This document shows positions 26,971-40,859 of a stretch of 64,000 nt of DNA, one piece after another. The notes under the pieces are model-generated. The model was not told where the DNA came from. It worked only from the letters and a program-made list of their open reading frames with translations, and searched no databases. Origin of the DNA: Styela clava (taxonomy: Eukaryota); NCBI RefSeq assembly GCF_964204865.1, contig NC_135250.1:10974001-11038000 (forward strand), read 5' to 3'. The translations under genes and the position numbers were made by a program. Numbering within the stretch: position 1 is the first letter of the stretch; each line of letters starts with the position of its first letter.

Positions 26971-29549
26971 CAAGGAAGATTTAGACAACATGATATATCA
27001 TTCGAGGGCATCATATTTATCCTATAAAAATATGTTTTCTGTGTCACCCCAAATATGTATTTTTCTTCAGTGACTATTATTATTCAAGAATATCAAAGAA
27101 AATGGGCGCTGATACATACTATTTCAACAGTTAGCTCCATATTTTTTGGTTACATTGTATTTCTTCGCCGCCATCATAAATCAGTGTTAAATTTATATAT
27201 ATATCATAAGTTCTGCAAACTCATATTGATAATTTATTTCCGTTGGTTCTTGTTCAGACAATAATGCGTCGTAGTTGGGATTATATTGTCAAAATAGTGA
27301 AAATTTTATAACTTGGAACGAAGCCAATAAAAATGTTAACCAGAATTGTACACTATAATCGTTAATCGAACTTCCTATGGGATTCCCATTGGAATACAAT
27401 TTTTTATTAAATTTTTTAAAATTTAGGTTCAGTGGCCATTAACTAGCACTCTATGTACAAAGAGACATGTCAAGTTTCATCCGAATCCGAAAGGTGGAAT
27501 TATGCTCGCGCTCTAGAAACTAAACGCAGTAGTCCACTTTGCCCAAGGGAAATACAAATATGTGCTCCCAATTGCCTTGCGTTTCCCGCTTGTCCCATGC
27601 GTCCACTTGTACCGTGGAAAATGCGAATGTGTTCTGTCCTATCCCATCACATGATACGTTTCCCATGGTTTAGCCTGGTTACCTGGATATCAAGTTGGAA
27701 TCGTGTCAACTTGAGAGTGCTTGGGAAATAGAAATGATGCGTTTGCCGGAAGTATTTTATATTTGAGCTTAGCCGAGTGGGTGACGGGTATTAGCATCTT
27801 CAATTAATTAATTCATGCTAAAGAATTTGCGATTGATATTTTTCGAAGAAAATTCAATTTGAAAAATATTCAAATTTTCATATACATATACCACAAGAAG
27901 TATTCCCCATTTTGTAGAATAATAATATGGTATATATATACATGTGTAATTCACGAAAAATTTGCTCCAACCAAATTTACATAGAAAACCACAAAATTTA
28001 CAGCAAAGAAACGTGCGATTCTTGTAACCAGGAATTCATTCAACAAACCAAACCAAGTCTCCCAAAAACACAATAGTGAAATCTCGTGAATCTCATTCAC
28101 AAAGGATTTATCGTAAAGACTTGGCGTGCGGTCACATGCGGTCCCCGTAATCGTACGCACGAAGGTTGTGAACGAAACTCATTATCTGGTCACTCATTCG
28201 TATCACTCGCCTGCGTCAGTAGTCTGGGGCCGAGGAGCATATTTAACTACAGTTGCCTTGCCCTACTTAATTTTTTGTAGTTGGAGCTTTCGAATCAGCG
28301 TAAAATTAGTATTGTATACCAATAACCGATTGCGCATTTGTTTAAGTATCATGAAACATGTGATTAACAGGCAATGGCACCGCAAAGTTGTCAAATTTCA
28401 TGTCGCTATGATATAATAGTACGTTAAGATGCATCGTGCTGCATATTCATAATTGTCTTCAAGTTCCCACTGCTCTAGCTCAGAGTAGGCACGACTGGGT
28501 TGACACTTCGACGATATTTTTTTGTAGCGCGCAAATTGTGTGTAAGTCATGGAATCAAAAACAATATAAAGAAAATTTCTAACAAATATTTCACTACAAT
28601 GAAATCGAAGATCCCCACGTTGAGAGCTGCCCAACACAGTAAATATATATATTCCATTTGATATGCCTCCATGGCCCCCTAATAAGAACGCCGAAGGTTG
28701 GTGAAATTGCCCCGCAGATCATTGAAAACACAAAATTTATATTTATGTATGGTGAAGAGTTGAAGTTATTGTTATTGAGTACAAATGGGAAAAATTGGAA
28801 ACTATGTATGCTAGGAACTCCGGGCACGGCAAATGCACACACATGTTACATAATATGCCTATATATATGTATAGTTGAAATTATGGGTTATTTATATAAA
28901 ATCATTTTATTTACGAGGTATGCTTTAATAGGTTAAAAACATGATATTTCATATAGTCGACATCATGTCAAAGTCCACCATCAAATATCCAATACAGAAG
29001 GAAGGAAAGCCATTATCCACATAATGCATTCCAATAAAATCACAGTGTTATGCCCGACCTTTAGCACTCAGTAGGAACAACTGACATGAATTTCACAAAA
29101 TATAAATAGACGTTTTTGATCAGGCATGACTCGGATTGTCCGCGTCCTCATGCTGTAACATCTCACATTCGTGGGTCTATGTATGACAACTTTTAGGCTA
29201 TTGTGGGTTTCACATTTAGATTTGAACTCGAATGCTGTATTTTCTACAAAATTAGCAATCTTTAAAAGAATTCAGTGATTAAATATATTTCATATTTATG
29301 AGGAATAATCAGTAAAACTCTAATGTCTCTATGTCGTATGACAACTAAATTTTTTAACCGATGAAGCAAAAAGTTGCCAATTTATTTAAAGAGCCAAATT
29401 AGGGTATGAAATAAATCATGATATGTCACTTTTTTAGCCTAATAGGATGAAATTAAGTTAATATCTGTTCAATACCTGAGCTTACCTTGAGGCAATGAAT
29501 CCGCATTGCGTGAAGAGAGCGAATATATGACTTTTTTTTCTTTTCAAAG

Positions 29550-29965
29550 CACTATTTGCACCAAATCAACCAACGTTAGCACCAAATCAACCAACGTTTG
29601 CTCCAAATCAACCAACGTTTGCACCAAATCAACCAACGTTTGCTCCAAATCAACCAACGTTTGCACCAAATCAACCAACGTTTGCTCCAAATCAATTAAC
29701 GTTTGCTCCAAATCAACCAACGTTTGCACCAAATCAACCAACGTTTGCAACAAATAAACCAACGTTTGCACCAAATCAACCAACGTTTGCGCCAAATCAA
29801 CCAATGTTTGCACCAAATCAACCAACGTTTGCACCAAATCAACCAACGTTTGCACCAATTCAACCAACGTTTACACCAATTCAACCAACATTTGCACCAA
29901 ATCAACCAACCTTTGCACCAAATCAACCAACATTCGGACCAAATCAACCAACATTTGCTCCATAA
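29550..29965 (+). pseudogene. Heptad-repeat gene copy D: intact repeat exon (19x APNQPTF) whose own signal exon is deleted; pseudogene or alternative terminal exon
   Basis: The acceptor, open frame, stop and 3' flank are conserved with copy C. About 500 bp corresponding to ~25925-26420 (including exon 1) is absent at ~29325. Confidence 0.65.
29558..29962 (+). repeat. 21-bp tandem repeat, 19 units (gcaccaaatcaaccaacgttt)
   Basis: Directly visible and very homogeneous. Confidence 0.95.
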
Positions 29966-32446
29966 CAAGGAAGATTTAGACAACATAATATATCGTTCGA
30001 GAGCATTATATCTATCCTATAAAAATATGTTTTCTGTGTCACGCCAAATATGTATTTTTTTTTTCAGTGACTACTTATATTCAAGAATATCAAAAAAATG
30101 GGCACTAATACATACTTTTCAACAGTTAGCTTCATGTTCTTTTGGTCACATTGTATTTCTTTGCCGCCATCGTAAATCAGTGTTAAACCTTTACCATAAG
30201 TTCTGCAAACTTATATGGATAATTTACTTCTGTTGGTTCTTGTTCAGACAATAATGCGTCGTTGTTAAGATTATATTGTCAAAATAATACAAATTTTATT
30301 ACTTGGAACGAAGTCAATAAAAATGTTAACCAGAGCTGTACGCTATAATCGTTTTTCGATTTTTTTTTAGATTAGGCGTTCGCTGAACTATTCAATTTGA
30401 CTTGTAAAACCGTCGTTGGTGTCTAATAATTCAGCGGGTTCTACACGAAATTCTTTGAATGAGTCCCAACTCCCAATTACTTATAGTCCCAGGGAGTTGG
30501 ATCAAACGGACGTTTCCCATGGTTCAGCCTGGTTATCCGGATATCAAGTTGGAATCGTGACAACTTAAAGAGTGCTTGGGAAATAGAAATTATGTGTTAG
30601 GTTGTCGGAAGTCTTTCATATTTGAGCTTAGCCGAGTGGGTGACGGGTCTTAAATCTTCAATTGATACAAATTTGGTAAATGAACGAGAAATGAGAATCC
30701 TCTGCATTTAGTCGAAGATTTCGTTTATAACTGAACGATCTTAAAGACGCTAATTCAATCACGCCCAATAAATTGCAAAAGTAGTCGTTTTTTTTGTAGA
30801 TTACACTAGCATGATATATTCACGAACGCTGTCTGCCTAGATATAGCAAAATAAAATAGAGAAACACAACTTAATTGTATTCTATCTTAATTGTATTCTA
30901 AGATACTACTGGATGATAAAGCAAAAGAAGAAAAACTGAATATATATGGAAATTCTCATGATAGAAAGAATAAACAGTGTAGAAGCAAATAAAAATTTGA
31001 AGATCTGTTCACAATCTCATTGGAAACCGAAACGGAACAAAAAATATTTATATAATCGTTTGCACATTTTCAGCAGTATAGTGCTTCCGCCGAAGAAATA
31101 GAAGCTTAATTAAGTTTGCGATGATCACAGCCCTGAAACAGGAGATCTGAAAACGGGCTATGTATCAGATTATTAGTTTGCCTATCTGACTTAAGGGAAC
31201 ATTCAAAATAATAAGAAGACGAGCTACTACGCTTGCAAGTTAACTAAACACGAATGAACATATTGAATTCGACATTAGAATAATTAGAAAGAATTCTACG
31301 AATCCTGTTGGTGAAAATTTTTTTTTTTTTACAAAGCATTCCAACGAAGTAAAGGTCCCATAATATATTCATATGCTGCTTTCGTATTAGGTACATCCAT
31401 ATTTCAGGTACAAAAAATCTGAAATGGATCATTACTCTCGGAGAAAAGAGATGTTTTTAACAGCAAAAAACTTCATCCTAACGACAACAATAACTTAGCA
31501 AAAGGATCATAGGTTCGTGTCCATCAATACAGCAGAACGTTAGTAGCCCGTTATCACAGTGCTTTAAAGTTGTGCTTATTGAGATAACTAAAGTAGAATA
31601 TTCATTGTGTAAAATAATAAAAAGCCTGTGCAGTATAACAAAATGCCATTACCTATAAAATAGTAAAAAATACAATCGTTGACTTCACAAATTGAATGAA
31701 TGCAAGTATAAGTCTCGTTAAATGAGTTTATCACACCACAGTGTCAAAATGATGTTTTATAGTCAAAATTATATGCTTGCAAAAGAGTGTAGATCGGAGT
31801 AAATTCAAATTGTTAAGGCATGTTTGAATGGGCATTATTTCGGTAAGATTACCCAGCACAAGTTTTTTAAACGAAATACGAAACTATAAAATCTATAGAT
31901 TGTGTTGTAATCTAGCTAAGCTATAAATCCAGAAATATGAGTTGGGATGCAATTGTGCAATGTTGCCTTGTAACAACTGAAGGAAATCCAGCAGCATGCC
32001 CAGATTGTAAAAACAAACGGCTACAGGAAGCATTGAATGATTCAAGCTGTAATCAAGACAGGAGAACAAAGCAGGGAAATGACGAATACGAGACTAGAAT
32101 GAAATTACTACGAAACTAACTTACCTAGAACAATAGCAAACCAATCTGGGATACATGATATAGAAAATAACAGATAAAATTATCCCGCATTATTTTAGAA
32201 ACTAAATTCCACAGACGCATATTACTAATACTAGTTAATCTGTTTCACATGAATGATTCAATTTTTTTTTCTTAAATCACGTATATTGAACGAGCGATTT
32301 CAAAAATATTTTCTTAAAAATGATCAAATTTGCATATCGAAGTTTTAAAAACAAATTACAAATAAACAGATATATGATTATACAGTATTTTCAAACGAAA
32401 TATTTTGAACAAATCGAATCTCATATGCGACAAGAATAATAGAATT

Positions 32447-34695
32447 TCAATCAGAACTACCAAATGTAACAAAATACTTCATTCTTTCCATGAAAGAGTT
32501 CTCCCATTTGCTCCATATATTGCGAATATCATCATCAATATTATGCCGAAGCCAGCCGTAATTTCCAGACCAGGTGTGAGTGACAATAACTTTGTTTAAA
32601 TCGTCTTCAAATTTATTCCAGTATAACTCATGGTTCGTTCTGTTCGCAAGAGGAGCATAAGTAATACCCTCTTCTGAAAGAAGACTACCGGGAGGAATAC
32701 TTTTGCCTTCTTGGTTGTTCACCATAACTCTCATTATCCCGGTAACCCAGACATCGTCAAGATATAAAAAGGGAGTTGTTCTCGATACTTCATACAACTT
32801 TGACGTTGTTGCAATTGGCATTGTGTACCAACCGCCACGGCAATATGGGGGCCAATATTTTGCGGGATATTGTTCAAGCGAAACGAACCAAGGACTCTCG
32901 GGTTGTCTATCGGGTTCTTCAGCTTGTCTATAACCATAGATACACATGATAGGAAGTGGATGAGAAGGTATTCTACGTCGCATTGTCTCTATATATCTAA
33001 GGAAATTTGGGAGGTGAATCGCAAAGTCGTCATCTGCTGATGAATATAACCAATTTTGCGGTAAATAAGTCGAGGCCCATCTCATTCCAGCCAGAAGTTT
33101 GAGAGGAACGTTTCTGTGTTGAAAAACATTGAAAGTTTTACCTAGTTTGAGGATAATAAATATTTAATTGAATTATTAGAAAAGGTTAATACTACTTTTT
33201 TAACATAAAATGAAAGAATTTGGCGCCTTCAGTAAAACATTTAATTTACAATTTAGAATCTTACGAATATCATAAACTTAAGATCTGAGGCTTCGACTGA
33301 AATAGAAATAAAAAAGCTCCATTCGATATACATTTATTCTATGTTAATTGCTTTACTTTCTTTACAAACTACTGAAGACCATTTTCATTAATTAAATACA
33401 ACTTACTCTTTGGTGTCAGGTAGATCAACCTGAAGTATATCGCCATATATTTGATTTTCTTCCTTTATATCACTTTGCAGATGAATATTATTAGTAGTTC
33501 CCAAGATAAAAACAGTTTCAAGTCTGACTCCATCAATAAATTTGAATTTACCCCACGTTTCACGGATGACATTTCGTCGTTTTTTATTCAATAAACTCGA
33601 CTTTACTACGGTGATAGATGACCAGCTTTCAACTGCAATAAAACAGAGAAGTCCATATAAATGCAGTCTGGAAATGATCTCTAAATATGATAAAACTGCT
33701 AAATATCAGTTGGTATACAGCAGCTTATTATTCGAACGATAATATTTATTGTATGTAAAACATAAGTTAGCGATATAAATTCAGTTAAGCATGCCAATTG
33801 TCAGTACAATAACTAGATAACTCTTAGAATACATTATACTAAATTCAAAAGCTAATTTAATCTACAAATGACCAGAGAAATTGAATAGTATGATAAGGTT
33901 TTATTTTGTATTCCACAAAAATACTTTTAATTTTAAACGGTACTCTTGAGGATATTACATCACTCAGAAATTATGTATATAATAGCGAACGAAACGCCAA
34001 ATAGGCTTCAAAGCATCAGCATTTTAAGATAAAGGATTGTATGTAATAAATGGTATTTGTGACAAATCTGTACAACACTCTATTTATAAAAACATTGTTT
34101 CAAAAAGATATTTACGCAAATTCTACATAACATGCGTGGTGATATTACCATTATACAAATATTTGTAATAGATTTTGCATATTCAAAACGGAATTATGTG
34201 GTTTTACTTCTATAAACTGCACATTTACATAAAGTTCTTTTTTTGATTTTGTCTCAATTTTTAAAAACTCAATTTCCGATAGCATATATTTCAAATTTTC
34301 ATTTCAAGCTAAATCACGTTGTATAAAACCGATATATTTTTCTCACCATTGATTTTGTCTTTAAATAAACCTGCTCTAGACGATGAAATATTTACATTCC
34401 AAGGTGAAACAAGAATTTTAATGTGTTTTCTTTGTGTCGTTCCATTTTTAATAAATCCATCAATTTCATTGTATTTCTTATGGTGTGCTACTAATCTGGG
34501 ATGTTCATATTGAAGCTTCATAAGTTTTCTTCCATTTGTGCCATTCGAATGCAAATGGAGCACCACAAACGCTAACTTAAACATAACACAGGCAATTATG
34601 AATATGCACATTAATATAATACTCCGCCTTTTGTTCCCATCGCGATACCATTTTAAAGACTTCACAAAGGTTATGCACTTATTCCTAACTTGCAT
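32447..34695 (-). CDS. GT31 beta-1,3-galactosyltransferase-like protein, paralog 2 (3 coding exons, ~413 aa)
   Basis: Exons 34695-34347, 33632-33407 and 33113-32447 are in phase (1242 nt), with the same intron positions/phases and 226-nt middle exon as paralog 1. Motifs 'SSADDDF', 'WPPYCRGGWY' and 'LDDVWVTG'. Confidence 0.93.
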
Positions 34696-34892
34696 CTTCA
34701 CTGATCCTGTAAAAAAGAAATGCCAAGCATTAAGTCGTCTTTTTAAACGGAAGTTTTCTGCTGACACACCAGCATGATTGAGTCTCGACTGCCAATGTGT
34801 ACAAATGTAGTATTACAAAAATATTTTACCATTGCAAACTTCTGATGATTCTTAATCTGTACTAAAAAGTCTTCAAACGGTATTATACACTA

Positions 34893-35094
34893 CAGGGTGT
34901 CCAAAAAGTTCCGCCCGATTTCATAGCATTACCAATTGCATTTTTGAATAAATTTTGTTGTATGATAAATGGGGACTACAACATTCAACATCTATAACAT
35001 CCAATTAGAAACAGGTTGACTATAAATCTTTTATTTTAATTAAAAATTTGATTATAAAGACTTTATAATCGGGCGAAACTTTTTGGACACCCTG
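34893..35094. mobile_element. Tc1/mariner-type MITE
   Basis: TIR cagggtgtccaaaaagtt(c/t)cgcccgatt flanked by TA on both sides. Confidence 0.88.
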
Positions 35095-38000
35095 TATATC
35101 GCTGTTGATACGGTTCACTTATTGCGACTCCAAACCAGTCGTTTTTTTAATTACGCCGAATGGATTAAATTAAATTAGATGGGTTGATTATAATAACACT
35201 TACATAGATGACCGGCGACTGTATTTTTCGACCAACCGCCTGGCCTGTCAAATCTCTTCAGTAATGACTAATTCCGGTGTTGCGGTTTCAAATGCATACA
35301 TCACCCAATGGGAACTATCGTTTATAACGAACCCGACTACCCTACCCTATCTCAGTGGTTGACTTGACTGACAAATCCATTCCTCAATGTCAGTCCAACT
35401 ACAAGCCTAACGAATCATATCCAGGTTTCGCGCGTAGGAGTTATACGCAAATGTAATGCTTCTCTAGAGGTACAGGATGGCAACGATTTTGACAACACAA
35501 TGCGATTGTATTGAGCTGGACCTATCAAAATCCCATTTCACAAAAAGTTTTTTGAATGGGGCGCCCGCTGTGAACCATCAACTGATTTAGAACGAGATTG
35601 TTCCCATGTCAATAAAAGTACCGAATCGTGTGCGCTAAATACTACGATTGCCAGTCACAACAAAAAAATTACCAACACTGTATACACGGATGATATTGAT
35701 TGGGTTATTCATAAACACCTTTAAAATAGAATCTCGGTGTACATATATATAGCACAATGTAAATATAATGCTGCCAAAAACAAGGGGTTCACAATCTACC
35801 GAAAATGCTGGTTAATCATTAAGTTGATACACTGTACACAATACCGCTTTTCTCGCACACCTGCCATTTCCGCAATCAAAACGTCAGAGAAATTTTCCTT
35901 GTTTTGATAACTTACTAAACTGACGTCTACAATGTAAACAAAAACTTGTGCATATTTAAAATAGGCCTGACCAATCCTCCCTGCTACTGATGTTGCAGGC
36001 TTCTTTCGCCGCGCTTAAATCACGCTAGACTCGACTGAAGTAGTTTGGGTATAGCGATTAGCGGTATGGTGCGCTCTAACGAATGGAATCAAATCGTTAA
36101 GAGTCCCCTTCAAACACAATGTATATAGCTTTTCGATTGTATAACTAAAATGTTGAATGAGTACCGATTCCCCGCAATGTAAGATATAGCTATTAAACGT
36201 GCTACCCATTTGCGGCCAATAAAAAGCGAATACGACTAATCTATCTAAATTGGCGACTATTAAAATATACATATGCTGGCAATTGAATTAACTTATACAA
36301 AACGTTAAGTTGTCTACGATTTTGACAAAGCCTGGCAAGTGACTTAACGCGAGTGTGAAATAGACATATTAAATGACCAATGCTCGATGCGATTCTGGTA
36401 TCATTCAGCGGCTTCCTAGGCAAGTAAATTCACATACAGAATCAATATTTTATGCGAAAGGTTACAAATACAATCAATGAATACCGTCATTTCATGACGC
36501 CATAACCACCCTAACAGGTAATCGCGTATGCCTTTAGAAATATGGTTGTGCAAAACATTCAAAACAGTGATTTTTTTACCATAAATAGTAAACTAATGGC
36601 AGGCAAATTCAATTGGAATTCAGTAAAAGTAACTATTAAACGTGTTTCATTTTGCTTACTTCGCTGCACGCACTAACGACATAAAATTAGAGAAAGGCAA
36701 TAACAGTTTAGAGACCAAAAATATAAGAAAAACACAAACGTTGTCTTTTGAAGTCTGAAATCCAATATTTACAGTCGCAAAATTGGTTTATTTCATTGCG
36801 TATTACAAACACAAAATGTTCGACGATCACAAGTGAAGTGAAATAATATAAAGTACATTTTGCTAAAAAAACTTCTGCATTGTTTCAACATCATGATCTG
36901 CTCTAAATTAATTTTGCTCATTTACTTTCATTGACTATTGACAAGGTCGCGAATTCGTTTAGCCCAGGCAAATTGCCATATGGGATTGAATGAACTAACC
37001 ATAGCAATTAACAAAGGGCGCTCTCTACTGATTACTGCATCCTGGCTTAGTGACTCGCAGTTAGAATATCAACCTTAATTAACGCCGATCTATTTATATT
37101 GCGAGTGCGACAACGCGTTATAGTACAACACTTGCCAATCAGCACCGGATATTATCAACATGCACTGTGATAGTCACTTGCCAAGATTACTCGTATTCTG
37201 GTGTTACTGAACTTAGCGCAAAACGTGTTTTACATTCAAGAAAAATAACTTGGTATAAAACTTTTAATTCCGTGCTGAATATTACGGGCGCTACTGAATT
37301 ACTATAGCGACCATATAAAATATATGACAGCGATACAGCTACAGTTTTATCAACTATATTGCAACTTGAAGCGCCTCAAGCCATCTTGCTGCGGCATCAG
37401 CGTAGCCTCAGACAGAAAATGTATTGATCTTTGTGGTTTAAATTATTCATTCATACTACAATGGCATTGCCAGGCTGCATCACAACCACAACTTTGGTCA
37501 TTTTATAGGTTTCTGGAGTATTAATTCCATTCCTGTCGACTGAATATCTGAAAATTTGTATGTTTTTTAGTACCTTCTAAATACGATGATGGCTTAAATT
37601 TTGCGTGGTTTCAAAAAACTAATCCTTTGCTGAGTTTTTGCATGAACTGTAGACATCACGCAGTTAAAGTTCGTCGGCTTGATGAAACTACAGCTATCTC
37701 CAAGCAGAGGGCATGGTACTACCTTACAGCTTAATTTTAGTAGCACTTGTACAGCCATATCACTGGGAATTGGTAACACGTAAGGCCGGAACTGAACTAT
37801 TCGCCACAACGCTTGTCTGCAGGTCACGGTTTCGTTAAATCCCACTGATATGATACATGCGTAGAGTAGACGCTGCCAACAATTTCAAAAATACTTGCGT
37901 ATTTTGAAGGTATTTGGGGTGCGATTTTTGGGGTTGGCCTATTTCCATAAATGATGGAATATTTCGAGACTGTCTGGCACGCAATCAGGTTTGTTATCGA

Positions 38001-38758
38001 TAAATCAGAATATCTTGAAATATTCATATAACGTTGATAAATAAAAGACAATTGCCATTTCCACCAAAGTTCAATACTAGATTGCATTCTGCAAACAGCT
38101 TCTACTCCCAGCACACATCTATTTGACACCAATAGTGTTACATCATAAATACAAGTTCGTACCCCAATGAACTGCAATTGGCGTGTGAGCTCCGCATTCT
38201 ATTCCGGTTTTACGCTTTTTTGGTTCCTGTAAACGTTATGTAGATCACGACTTATAGCAATCGATATCTTTGAACGTATGACACGAATCTTACCACTGGT
38301 GTAAAAGATTTTTGATCTTTCCCTAACTAACCAATAATTCTGATTCTCAAAACACGCTCATTTGCGTTTATGAACACACCATATGGTTTATTACTCCATT
38401 GTTATTGACAAATTGGTTACATTAGGAAGGAAATGAATTGTTCCGTGAGACAATTAACGCGCAACTATAGTTGAGCAAGGATACGAAAAGTTGCTCTTAT
38501 CATCATGATAAGTGCACCCTATTAAATTGCAGCTTAATAACCAGTAAACTAAATAATCGCTCGATCAACAAATGCTTTTGAAATTGATTTCCTATTCCCC
38601 AATTGCGACATGTTAAATGAAATGCACAGTATTTGAAGCAATATGTACCATATTTGTGTCGTCGTTCTTGTTTGTCACATATGGTGGCCGTTGGTTAATT
38701 ATATATTAGTACGACGGCATCAATTATTATGTAATCTTCATTTTAATATAGAAAATTT

Positions 38759-38868
38759 GAACCTCCTGAAGTATGCGCACCAAGATGGCGCACAAACTGA
38801 ACTCGGGTTGGGTACCAGGTTAGGGTTTAGGTTATGCGACATCTTGGTGCGCATACTTCAGGAGTACC
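38759..38868. mobile_element. Merlin-like mini-MITE (110 bp)
   Basis: TIR ctcctgaagtatgcgcaccaagatg and perfect TSD gaaaattt. Confidence 0.88.
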
Positions 38869-40495
38869 GAAAATTTATTGTCGAACATCAGTTAGTATTT
38901 TGTAGTGGCCTAACTCGCGTATGAGCTTCAGAAACGCACATCGGACAAAGCGCTCTGAATATGCGTATGAAATATTCCGTTACATTTATTAAATGCTGCT
39001 GTCTCAATTTTTCACGAATGGAATAGTGTTTATAAAACGGCCAGGCAACGTCTGATGAAATTGTGCAAATGAAATTACAAGCCACCTCTGGTACGATAAC
39101 TCAAAAAATAATTTTCTGTAATTCTCTAGTAATTGTTTCGGGTTAATTAGGTAATTTAAACTTTCTGGATCGACACAAATAGTACGTCATAACTTTCATT
39201 ATATTCCTCCTGATGACGCGACAACGTCGCCATCGTTCGATGGCATCAATTACAACGACGCTAGCCAATCTCTCCGTCAAAACTTTAATTCGTAAATAAC
39301 TCTTTGGGGAGAAGAATGAGATTGTGTAGAAACTCGACGAAAAGGGAATTATTTTTTAATACTATGCGAATCAAAAGATTTTTTATAGACTGCACAATTT
39401 GCCGTACTTTGCTCTGTCTCAGCGCCATCGCTGCCGCGGGCCATACAGCTAGTGTAAAAGCAGTCTGCCTTCCTAATATTCTCGGGAAATGGTGGGCCAA
39501 TTTTAACAGTAATTAGCGTCCCCGTAATTTACTTAAAATATAAACTGATTTAGACATTTCTGTTCGAAAATATCCCAAGGTTTAATATACAACGCAAATA
39601 TACGAATGCTTGACGAATTAATAACGTTAGTATAGAACAGGTGAGTAGGTATGGCAATTGGCAATCCTTTTTTAATGAATGGGTCACATATTCATTGTAT
39701 TTTTATCATGAAAAATCGATTAATCAATGTCTGTTTCGTTTAAATGCATTATTCCTCAACTGTTATTTATAAACCTGTGTAGTTATTTATGGTACTCGAT
39801 TTCATGAAATTCTAGCGTGAAAAAGATAGATTTGATGAATACGAAGAACTAAATCGCACTTACACAAAAAAATTAACTCAATTTTGTGATCTTTAAAGTG
39901 TACTTTATGCCTTTTAAAGTTTGTAAAAATGTAGGCATGAAGAAGAAAGGCAAAGGTTTTTCAAGTCAACTTTTACATATCTCTCTGATTTTCTTTTGAA
40001 ATACTAAAAAATAAATAAACCGCCGCTCGCGAAATTGCCGTCTATTATTACGTAACAATGAAGGCATACACTACGTTACAGAAAGTAAACGACATAGAGA
40101 GGCAAAGGGAATTTCTTGATTTATATACACATCATTTAAATTTTAAAATAGGAAACAATAAAACATTTATAATAGATACAATATGTAAAATACTCACTCA
40201 TATAGTAGTTATGTTTAACACAATTCTGTTAATTTTCGGGGCGCACTTAGCAAGTACCTTTGGGAACCTCTGAGCTAGACTGTATTGTATTCCAGGAACA
40301 TAAAGGTCCTAACAGCATTGTTATAAGTAGCTGCGCCACTATAGTTGTTTACCTATTATCACTTTGAACTGAGTACTCACTACAAATATCTTTATCACTG
40401 AAAAGTTGGTACGTTTATGATTACACATACTACGTTCCGTTGTCCGGCATCGGGAGTACCGAATGTTGAATATAACGATTTGTACTTCTTTAGGT

Positions 40496-40604
40496 CAGTG
40501 GTTCCCAACTTTTTTTTCAATCGACCCAGACATTGTAAAATTATAATTTTTTAAAAAGCTTGCAAATGAGAATTTCTCGGCGACCTATAAGTTGGGAAAC
40601 ACTG
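40496..40604. mobile_element. Charlie-type hAT MITE
   Basis: cagtggttcccaactt ... aagttgggaaacactg with flanks ctttaggt/cactaggt. Related single ends occur at 2215 and 63865. Confidence 0.7.
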
Positions 40605-40859
40605 CACTAGGTAACAATCACGAAAACCACTCAGTTTTCTACGGGCAAAATATAAGTCTTTGTGGACGTAATATTTGGAAAATGGGGTGTAACTGTAATT
40701 GGAATGTTATGGGGAAAGTCGATAAGACGACCTAATCATATCGCGAACCACGGGCTCTCGTGAGGTTATCAGTTCATGTCGGGTTTGGGATTTGTTGGTC
40801 AGCATTGCATAGGAATATTTTTATCGGAGATGACTTCTCCCCATCTCTGGCCTCTGAAC

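Larger units (their letters stand above)
24170..30665 (+). repeat. Tandem segmental duplication: unit C ~24170-27805 and unit D ~27830-30665; older homologous units A ~14280-18200 and B ~18210-24050
   Basis: Shared starts 'gatatttt(t)cgaagaaaattcaatttgaaaaatattcaa' (24176, 27835) and shared ends 'tttcccatggtt..gagcttagccgagtgggtgacggg..tcttcaatt' (27660-27805, 30512-30663). Also 14770-14910 ~ 24240-24380 and 14280-14450 ~ 18210-18350. Confidence 0.9.

Noticed and set aside
27763-27800. tRNA-like 'gagcttagccgagtgg' (also ~30625)
   Set aside because: Only an A-box-like motif; no cloverleaf or B box.
26640-29965. 21-bp arrays as CRISPR arrays or plain satellites
   Set aside because: No unique spacers, no cas genes and a eukaryotic context. 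Splice signals and synonymous variation point to coding exons.
26591-30254. ORF-track proteins (HQINQRL)n, (STNVCTK)n, (CWLIWCK)n and (LVDLVQT)n
   Set aside because: Alternative frames of the repeat. They start at non-ATG or internal codons, several are interrupted by stops in one copy or another, and none is in phase with the signal exon.
36000-39600. Scattered 60-117 aa ORFs
   Set aside because: No recognisable domains or consistent exon chain; a degenerate retroelement cannot be excluded without a search.
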